Positions 6,816 to 13,100 of a DNA stretch of 13,100 bases are shown here, one piece after another (the first letter of the stretch is position 1; the number at the start of each line of letters is the position of its first letter). Below the pieces are notes generated by a model, which saw only the letters and a list, made by a program, of their open reading frames with translations, was not told the DNA's origin and made no database searches. Source of the DNA: Desulfurella sp. (GTDB lineage: Bacteria > Campylobacterota_A > Desulfurellia > Desulfurellales > Desulfurellaceae); the NCBI GenBank assembly GCA_031960885.1, contig JAVRLY010000035.1, positions 1 to 13,100 of the forward strand. Direction: 5' to 3'. The position numbers and the translations under genes were made by a program.

Positions 6816-8170
6816 AGCCTTTGAGTGTATCGGAAGTAACAAAACAAATAAAAGACTTGCTTGAGTGGAACTTTTCTGAAGTGTTTGTAGAAGGCGAAAT
6901 ATCCAACCTAAAATTTTCTAGTTCAAAGCACATTTATTTTAACTTAGTAGATTCAAAAAGTGCACTAAAGTGCGTTATTTTTAAATCCAATGTGAGTGAA
7001 AGCATAAAAAAGCAACTAACAGATGGCCAAAAAGTTATAGCGCTTGGGCGTTTGGGTGTTTATGAACCATACGGTGAGTATCATTTAATTGTGTCATTTA
7101 TACAAGGCATCGGTGATGGTTTAAAATATAAAAAGCTTGAAGAAGATAAAAAATTCTTACTTGAAAAAGGGTACTTAGAAAACAAACGCCAACTTCCAAT
7201 GTTTCCCAAAAGGGTAATTGTTGTAACAAGCCCGCATGGTGCTGCCATAAAAGATATACTAAATATACTCAAAAGACGCTCATCAGGGTTAGAAATAATT
7301 ATCTACCCCACAACAGTCCAAGGCGATAATGCCAAGAAAGAAATTTTAGAAGCAATTGAGTTTGTTAATAAGAATTACTTAAGATTGAATCTTGATGTGT
7401 GTATACTCACAAGAGGGGGAGGCTCAATTGACGATTTGTGGGTGTTTAACGATTTAGATATTGCCATTGCTTATAAAAATTGTGCTATTCCAACAATAAG
7501 TGCTATCGGTCACCAAATAGACCAAACCCTTTGCGACTTGGTAGCAGACATAGCCGCTGAAACGCCGTCTGCAGCTGCAGAACTATTAACAAAAGCATGG
7601 GTTAGTGCAAATGAAGCCGTATCAATGCTTGAAAAAGCCATTCTTTCAAATTTTAAAAGAATTTTAAATTTAAAAACATACTTGCTAGCTGTTGTTTGGT
7701 CTGAAAGACTCGTTAAATTTATGAATAACTATATAGAGATTCGTATGCTTAAAGTTGATAATTTATGCTCTCAAATAGAACGTCAAATGCAAAATATATT
7801 GTTTATAAAAGACAAACAACTTAAATATACAAAAAGCGCAATAATTCATCAACACCCTATCAATAAGCTACATTTACAAAAACAAACGTACCTTCGATAT
7901 AAAGATTCGCTTATAACATCTATGCAAAAAATACTTTTTATAAAGAAACATTCTATAGAGAACCTAGAAAGCAAGATTAATGCTTTATCACCACACAATG
8001 TACTAAAAAGAGGTTTTTCTATTACTTATACACAAGACAATAAAATTGTAAGAAGCAATAACGATATTGAAATTGGCGAGACTATTTATACAAGGTTGGC
8101 TTTTGGCAGCATTGAATCAATTGTATCAAAAAAGCACTTAGTGGATGCCAAAATAAACACTAAAAATTAG
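6812..8170 (+). CDS. xseA: Exodeoxyribonuclease VII large subunit
   Basis: LSVSEV..IK..LE, VEGEISN, HIYFNLVD, VVTSPHGAAIKD, VQGDNA, RGGGSIDDLWVFN, ISAIGHQID, TPSAAAE, LSPHNVLKRGFSI. Confidence 0.96.
   Translation: MKPLSVSEVTKQIKDLLEWNFSEVFVEGEISNLKFSSSKHIYFNLVDSKSALKCVIFKSNVSESIKKQLTDGQKVIALGRLGVYEPYGEYHLIVSFIQGIGDGLKYKKLEEDKKFLLEKGYLENKRQLPMFPKRVIVVTSPHGAAIKDILNILKRRSSGLEIIIYPTTVQGDNAKKEILEAIEFVNKNYLRLNLDVCILTRGGGSIDDLWVFNDLDIAIAYKNCAIPTISAIGHQIDQTLCDLVADIAAETPSAAAELLTKAWVSANEAVSMLEKAILSNFKRILNLKTYLLAVVWSERLVKFMNNYIEIRMLKVDNLCSQIERQMQNILFIKDKQLKYTKSAIIHQHPINKLHLQKQTYLRYKDSLITSMQKILFIKKHSIENLESKINALSPHNVLKRGFSITYTQDNKIVRSNNDIEIGETIYTRLAFGSIESIVSKKHLVDAKINTKN
7652..7945 (+). repeat. Degenerate 135-nt (45-aa) periodic repeat within the XseA helical region
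   Basis: FKRILNLK (7652), MQNILFIK (7787) and MQKILFIK (7922) are spaced exactly 135 nt apart. The latter two 24-mers match at 20 of 24 nt. Confidence 0.6.
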
Positions 8171-8467
8171 TATCAAAAAGACCAATATTGATATAAGGCT
8201 AAAGCGAAAATCACCTTCTATTAAATAGAGGATGGCAAGGCACAAAACCCTTACAACAGGCGTTAGCATTAATACTATTACACCCGCATAAAATGTGGCA
8301 TTGGCATCAAAAGTATACAATCCTTTAAGTATACCAATGAAACTTTGCTCAAAATGATTAGTTTTATTAAAAAAGCTTTCAACTATTGATATACAAAATA
8401 AAATCAAGCTTAATGAAACGCCAATTTGTAGTATTTTTGCAATAAACTTATTAATATCAAACCTCAT
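8138..8467 (-). CDS. DUF1634-like membrane protein (usual TSUP partner)
   Basis: 109 aa, three hydrophobic segments, I..IL.IGV..S and GVIVLMLTPVVRV motif, ending EGDFRFSLISILV. ATGA-coupled to the upstream TSUP gene. Confidence 0.8.
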   Translation of the reverse strand: MRFDINKFIAKILQIGVSLSLILFCISIVESFFNKTNHFEQSFIGILKGLYTFDANATFYAGVIVLMLTPVVRVLCLAILYLIEGDFRFSLISILVFLILIFSVYFGIH

Positions 8468-9282
8468 TTGACACCTTTTATGAACATTTCTATTGCTAAA
8501 TAGACAAGAAACAGCACAAATACTTTTTTGATTTTGTTTGGTTGAATTTTTTTGACAATTGGCATAGATAGTTTTGAGCCCAACACTACGCCTATAACTA
8601 TTAATGATACAGCAAGTGGATTTTTTAGATAACCTTTTCCAAAATAGATAAATGCGCCAGCAGCTGCCGTCACACCTATCATAAAGTTGCTTGTAGCAGC
8701 AGCAACTTTAATAGGTACCTTGCAAAACGTATTCATAGCAGGTACCTTTAACACGCCACCACCAATGCCAAGAATGCCAGAAAAGGCACCAGCTAAGGCA
8801 CTTATTGTTAAGCCAGCGCCTAAGTTTTTAACATCGTATTCAATATTTTTTTTAAGCGCAAAATCATAATAGCTGCTTGCATAAACACTTTTTGTTTGCA
8901 AGTAATTGTTTTTGCCCAAGTCCTCTTTATGGTGATACATAAAATATGCAATAAATCCCATAACAAAAGAAAAAAGTAGTTCAATTGTCTTTGTGCTCAG
9001 TAAAGTAGCGATAAATGCCCCAGAAATAGCGCCAAGTGTTGTGGCAAGCTCTAGTGTTATACCCAGTTTCATATTTGTTATTTTGTTGTAAACATTTTCG
9101 CTTGCTACAGCGCTGCTTGTTGCAATGATTGAAATCAAGCTGATTGCTACGGCTTGGTGAATAGGAAAATGCAAAAAAATTACAAGCAAAGGTACGACAA
9201 ATGTACCGCCACCAATCCCAAGCATTGCGCCAAAGACGCCACTTAAAACACCCATTAAAACTAACAAAAAAAATTCAAACAT
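8464..9282 (-). CDS. TSUP / TauE-SafE family sulfite or organosulfur exporter-like membrane protein
   Basis: Two internal repeats: GAMLGIGGGTFVVP..AVAISL and SGILGIGGGVLKVPAM..PIKVAAATSNFMIGVTAA. About 8 TM segments. Confidence 0.92.
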   Translation of the reverse strand: MFEFFLLVLMGVLSGVFGAMLGIGGGTFVVPLLVIFLHFPIHQAVAISLISIIATSSAVASENVYNKITNMKLGITLELATTLGAISGAFIATLLSTKTIELLFSFVMGFIAYFMYHHKEDLGKNNYLQTKSVYASSYYDFALKKNIEYDVKNLGAGLTISALAGAFSGILGIGGGVLKVPAMNTFCKVPIKVAAATSNFMIGVTAAAGAFIYFGKGYLKNPLAVSLIVIGVVLGSKLSMPIVKKIQPNKIKKVFVLFLVYLAIEMFIKGVK

Positions 9283-10129
9283 TACATTTACCTTTATAAA
9301 CGATTTTAGCTGCTAAATAGGCAAAAAAAGCCAGAAACAATCCTGCTATATCATCTATTGCATAGTGATACCTCAGAGCAAGTGTTGCTAAAATGAGTAT
9401 AATTACAAGCGGCAAAATTGCATAACCAACTTTTTTGTTTGTATCAAAAATAAGCATATTAGTTAGTACTGATATTGCTACATGACCACTTGGAAAGCAA
9501 TCTTGCTTTATGTGTTCAAACCTATCTAAAAATGTATAGATAAACTCATATATTGAACCACCCTGAATGGGTTGACTAAATGAAATGCTATAGCGTGGCC
9601 CAATTGCAGGCATAAGTATGTAGCCAATATAAGACAAATAATAGGCTAAAGATAGCGCAAACAGTGAATATTCAAGCTTTACAAAGTATTTCTTTTTATA
9701 TAAAACATACAAGAACACAAGTGGTAGAAAATAGTAAAATGTATAAAATATAGAAAAAATATCATTGAACATTGGTTTATTAAAGGCGTAAAAGTAGGTT
9801 GCGATAGGTTTTGAAAACAACCAATTGTCAATTCTAATCAAGTAAATATCTTTATTTTTGGGTTGTAAAAAGGGAACAATCCATGCAAGTGATTCAAAAA
9901 CAAAACCCAAAAAAACAGCTGGATAAAAGTATCTCAAGATTGTTAAAAAGTATCCCTTTTGGGATTTGAAAATAATCAAAAACACTATTGCCACTATAAA
10001 CGCATAAGATAAAATTAAGAATAATGCTGCTGGTACGCTATGTCTAAACATTATGGTAAGAATGATAATAAACAAGTAGTATGATAAATTTACTATATCA
10101 AAAGGTTTCAAATTGCCACTTTTATGCAT
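9275..10129 (-). CDS. PAP2-superfamily integral membrane enzyme, Aur1/inositol-phosphoceramide-synthase-like (PAP2_3) type
   Basis: Motifs YILMPAIGPRY, DCFPSGHVA, LRYHYAIDDIAG, plus IDNWLF and FYTFYY. Multiple TM helices. An alternative start at TTG 10111 would give a TTGA overlap with the kinase stop. Confidence 0.82.
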   Translation of the reverse strand: MHKSGNLKPFDIVNLSYYLFIIILTIMFRHSVPAALFLILSYAFIVAIVFLIIFKSQKGYFLTILRYFYPAVFLGFVFESLAWIVPFLQPKNKDIYLIRIDNWLFSKPIATYFYAFNKPMFNDIFSIFYTFYYFLPLVFLYVLYKKKYFVKLEYSLFALSLAYYLSYIGYILMPAIGPRYSISFSQPIQGGSIYEFIYTFLDRFEHIKQDCFPSGHVAISVLTNMLIFDTNKKVGYAILPLVIILILATLALRYHYAIDDIAGLFLAFFAYLAAKIVYKGKCNV

Positions 10130-10953
10130 TTTTTTGTTGCTTTTATGTTTGCTGGAGAGTATCCAGCAAAATCACCGTCAACCTGAATTGGTATTAAGTT
10201 ACTTTCAACGAAGATTTCATTTGCAAAAAAGCATTCATGTATTTTTGAGCGCATATTCAAAAATATATAAACAGCTGATTTTGAAATACTTACCAAACTT
10301 TTTTTACTGTAAAACAAGCATACATACAAATTTTTTTCAAAGCAATTAGCTTTAGTAAAGATTGGAAAGTTACCACCGTACTTTTTGGCATTAGTGGCAA
10401 TTAGGCTATAGCAGTGTTTTGTGCCAAATGGTGTTTGGACCAATATGGGCGTATCAAATTTCATTACACTTTTTATGCCACTTAAAAAGTATGATAATTT
10501 TCCAGAATACTCTTTCAACCTATGATTTACATCCAAAACTGCAGTAGCGTCAATGCCAATGCCAGCCATAAGTATAAAGTATCTGTTATTTACCATTCCT
10601 AAGTGAACATCTACAAATGCAGGAGATAATAGCCTTTTAGCTGCTTTTAGTGTATCCCTTGGTATACCAAGCTCAAGCGCAAATACATCCGATGTGCCAC
10701 ATGGCAAAACGCCTAATTTTGCTTGTGTATTTATCATGCCATTTATTACTTCGTTTAATGTGCCATCGCCTCCATACGAACAAACAATATCGTAAAAAGG
10801 ACTGATTTTTTGAGCTATTTTGAGGCCATCCAAAGGTTTGTTGGTGTAATATATGTCTACTTTTTTGTATTTGGCAGCAAGTATTTCTTTAGCTTTATTT
10901 ATCTTACTAAATGAAAACCTACGAGCTTTTGGGTTAGCAATTATAGCTATCAT
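10108..10953 (-). CDS. Diacylglycerol/sphingosine kinase-family (YegS/DgkB-like) soluble lipid kinase
   Basis: IIANPKA, GGDGTLNEVING, LGVLPCGT, YFILMAGIGIDA, GKLSY, NAKKYGG, QVDGD. Confidence 0.9.
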   Translation of the reverse strand: MIAIIANPKARRFSFSKINKAKEILAAKYKKVDIYYTNKPLDGLKIAQKISPFYDIVCSYGGDGTLNEVINGMINTQAKLGVLPCGTSDVFALELGIPRDTLKAAKRLLSPAFVDVHLGMVNNRYFILMAGIGIDATAVLDVNHRLKEYSGKLSYFLSGIKSVMKFDTPILVQTPFGTKHCYSLIATNAKKYGGNFPIFTKANCFEKNLYVCLFYSKKSLVSISKSAVYIFLNMRSKIHECFFANEIFVESNLIPIQVDGDFAGYSPANIKATKKCIKVAI

Positions 10954-11738
10954 ATATCCTCGAAATTAACAACCATATTATCCCACGCAGCAATAACTTT
11001 TGTATTTGTTTTTTTAGATATTTCTTGTGCTACATTGTAGGGATTTTCTTTTAAAAAACCCATACCAAAGTGTGTTAAAATAAGTAACTTTGGCTTGAAA
11101 ACCTCTAAAAACGCGTACATGTTATCTGCAGCAAGATGCATAAAATTTGGTAGTTGTGTTTTAAATACCGTGTTAACAATAACAATATCGGCTTGGTAAT
11201 CTTTTGGCAGTGTCTCGCAGTACAGCGTATCTGCAATATAGGCAAATGAATAATTGTTTGAACTAAATACTGCTCCATATGTTTGTGTTGTGTGGAGGTG
11301 TTTTAACTTAGTAGAAATTTTTAGAGCACCGATTTGGTAGTTTGCATATTCTTTTAGGTAAAGTATATTAAATTTGTCTCTATTGTAGTTTAGTACTACG
11401 GGGTCATCGTCTAAAGCTTCACTTGGAGCAAGCAGATATTTATTTTTTTTGCTTGATATTACCATAGCTTCCATTAATGCATTTATGCCAGCACTGTGGT
11501 CTAAATGCCTATGGCTTAGAAAAATACCATCAATTTTGGATATATCTATTTTATTTTTAATGGCATAAATCAAAGCACCAGGCCCTGGGTCAATGGCAAA
11601 TATTTTATCGGCTAGCTTAAACCAGATCCCACCGCTTCTGCGCATCTGATAAAATACACTATATCTACCCCCAGCTGTGCCCAAAAAAATTATCTTATCT
11701 TTGCCGTCTTTAAAGTTTTTATCTTTCAAAATAGGCAT
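10950..11738 (-). CDS. MBL-fold metallo-hydrolase (RNase Z/PhnP-like phosphodiesterase group)
   Basis: IIFLGTAGGR, IDPGPG, LSHRHLDH (HxHxDH), KHLH, YIADT, MHL, LILTHFG. Start is uncertain (TTG 11750, ATG 11747, ATG 11738 or TTG 11729). Confidence 0.88.
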   Translation of the reverse strand: MPILKDKNFKDGKDKIIFLGTAGGRYSVFYQMRRSGGIWFKLADKIFAIDPGPGALIYAIKNKIDISKIDGIFLSHRHLDHSAGINALMEAMVISSKKNKYLLAPSEALDDDPVVLNYNRDKFNILYLKEYANYQIGALKISTKLKHLHTTQTYGAVFSSNNYSFAYIADTLYCETLPKDYQADIVIVNTVFKTQLPNFMHLAADNMYAFLEVFKPKLLILTHFGMGFLKENPYNVAQEISKKTNTKVIAAWDNMVVNFEDI

Positions 11739-12948
11739 ATGTCCCATCAAATTGTACGATTTTTCCTTCGATTAAGCCGTTAGTATATGTTTTGGTTAGC
11801 ACTTTGAAATACTGGCTTGCAATAGCTATAAAAAAAGTGTCATTAGATACTTTTGCGCTTTTGTGTTGTATTACAATTTGCGTCTTTTTTTCAATAAATT
11901 GGTTTAATTTGTGTCTGAATTTTTTATTTATTAACTGTTTTAATTTATTTGCTCTATCTTTTAAAATATCCAGTGGAGTGCTAATTTCAGGTGGTTTTGT
12001 AAATTGCCTATATGAATATGTAAAAATATGTGCAAATGTAATGTCGTTGTTTTCAATAAAATTATACGTTTCTAAGAAGTCTTCGTGTGTCTCATTAAAC
12101 CCAACAATAATGTCAGTGCCTAAAAATATGCCTTTTTTAGAAGCATAATTGACAATTTTCTCATAATCTTGGCGCGTGTATTGCCTGCGGGCAAATTGCA
12201 AAATTTTATTGCTTGCTGATTGAAGAGGGATATGAAGGTGTTTTGCAAATTTCCCATACGATATTATGTCAATCAACTCATTGTCTACATACATAGGTTC
12301 AATAGAGCTTAATCTAACTCTAAAATCGTATTTTAGCTCATCAATTGATAACAAGAGTTCTTTTAAATTTGGGTATGAGCCTAAATTTGTTCCGGTAAGG
12401 ACGATTTCGCCAAAACCGTTTTTTGCAAAGTGCTCAATTTCTTTTAACACGAGAGCTTTATCTTTGAAGCGCTGTTTTCCCCTTGTATGGGCTACTACGC
12501 AATATGAACAAAAATTCTCGCAACCTTCTTGGATTTTTACAAATGGTCGGCTTTTTGACCACTCAGATATTGTTTGATTTATGTTGTAAGTTTTGGTTTG
12601 AGGTTCTATATCTATATTAAAATTTAGAGCGCTTAGTATGTTTGTTTTGTATTTATTGCCAACAATATGTACGTTTGGTGATTGCAAATATTGATTTTTA
12701 TCTATCAAATAACTATCGCAACCCGTATAAATGATGTGTGCGTGAGGGTGTTGCCTTTGTAGCTTTCTTAACATATGTCTTGATTGGTCACAAGCTGCTT
12801 GCGTGACAGTGCAGCTGTTTATGACATATATATCTGCGTCTTCATTTTGATTTACAATTTCTAATTGGTTTTTTGCCGATTCAATCATTTGCTGTGTTTC
12901 ATATTGATTTGTTTTGCAACCAAGTGTATAAAAAGCAATTTTTTTCAT
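11719..12948 (-). CDS. mtaB: tRNA t6A37 methylthiotransferase MtaB (radical SAM)
   Basis: UPF0004 domain TLGCKTNQYE, INSCTVT, TGC. Radical SAM motif KIQEGCENFCSYC, then EIVLTGTNLG, RVRLSSIEP, HLHIPLQS, TDIIVGF. NQYE, CTVT and LSSIEP favour MtaB over MiaB/RimO. ATG 12948 preferred over TTG 12954. Confidence 0.9.
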   Translation of the reverse strand: MKKIAFYTLGCKTNQYETQQMIESAKNQLEIVNQNEDADIYVINSCTVTQAACDQSRHMLRKLQRQHPHAHIIYTGCDSYLIDKNQYLQSPNVHIVGNKYKTNILSALNFNIDIEPQTKTYNINQTISEWSKSRPFVKIQEGCENFCSYCVVAHTRGKQRFKDKALVLKEIEHFAKNGFGEIVLTGTNLGSYPNLKELLLSIDELKYDFRVRLSSIEPMYVDNELIDIISYGKFAKHLHIPLQSASNKILQFARRQYTRQDYEKIVNYASKKGIFLGTDIIVGFNETHEDFLETYNFIENNDITFAHIFTYSYRQFTKPPEISTPLDILKDRANKLKQLINKKFRHKLNQFIEKKTQIVIQHKSAKVSNDTFFIAIASQYFKVLTKTYTNGLIEGKIVQFDGTYAYFER

Positions 12949-12950
12949 TG

Positions 12951-13100
12951 TCAAAGCACTAATTTTGTAGATAAGATTTCGTTTGCAGCCAAGCAGGCTT
13001 GTTTTAGGCTATAAGCTACAGATTTAAACGATGCTTCTATGATGTGGTGTTTATTAAAACCAGAAAGTTTTTTTATGTGCAACACAATCCTAGCATTTGA
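12951..13100 (-). CDS. hisB: Imidazoleglycerol-phosphate dehydratase, C-terminal part (runs off the right window edge; not in the ORF track)
   Basis: Manual translation: SNARIVLHIKKLSGFNKHHIIEASFKSVAYSLKQACLAANEILSTKLVL*. Contains IGPD signature LH...G.N.HH..EA.FK and a terminal STK.VL. TGA at 12953-12951. Confidence 0.95.
   Translation of the reverse strand, partial: SNARIVLHIKKLSGFNKHHIIEASFKSVAYSLKQACLAANEILSTKLVL

Noticed and set aside
5969..7272. Minus-strand ORFs 5969-6175 and 7081-7272
   Set aside because: Antisense to lapB and xseA, short, with composition typical of shadow frames.
7500..7530. XseA GHQID instead of the common GHE(T/I)D
   Set aside because: The His and Asp of the motif are retained. 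A single conservative change is not enough to claim altered function.
8687..12577. Plus-strand ORFs 8687-8869, 10113-10349, 11792-12148 and 12266-12577
   Set aside because: Antisense to the TSUP, kinase and mtaB genes. The Pro-rich look of 8687-8869 simply mirrors Gly codons on the coding strand.
11719..12954. Alternative assignment as MiaB or RimO
   Set aside because: GCKTNQYE, NSCTVT and RLSSIEP fit MtaB. MiaB-type (GCQMN, RF.TSHP) and RimO-type (GCPKN, NTCGFI) signatures are absent.
1..13100. Mobile elements, CRISPR arrays, defence systems, structured RNA genes, intrinsic terminators
   Set aside because: The window is almost fully coding (largest gap 135 bp). I saw no transposase or integrase, spaced repeats, GC-rich stems or compositional shift by eye. 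A covariance-model search (Infernal/Rfam) would be needed to exclude small RNAs formally.

Overview
A densely packed, AT-rich (roughly 30% GC by eye) bacterial chromosomal region. Gene content and style suggest a Desulfurella-like anaerobe, which is an inference. No mobile element, CRISPR array, rRNA or tRNA is visible. Left arm (minus strand): a GNAT / NDP-forming acyl-CoA-synthetase-like fusion (Pat-type protein lysine acetyltransferase) with an eroded regulatory module, then the 5' part of ispF, which appears to have its own leaderless promoter. A 135-bp divergent control region drives a plus-strand, translationally coupled run: ACT-pair protein, phenylacetate-CoA ligase (paaK), HIT/Ap4A-type hydrolase, lapA, lapB, ruvA, xseA. 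This run collides tail-to-tail (33-bp overlap) with a minus-strand run: hisB (3' end), mtaB, MBL-fold hydrolase, DAGK/YegS-family lipid kinase, Aur1/IPC-synthase-like PAP2 membrane enzyme, TSUP (TauE/SafE) transporter, DUF1634-like protein. The best leads are the Pat placed head-to-head with a plausible acetylation target (PaaK plus ACT), the coupled lipid kinase plus Aur1-like phosphotransferase pair, the ATP-grasp deletion in Pat, and the leaderless ispF.
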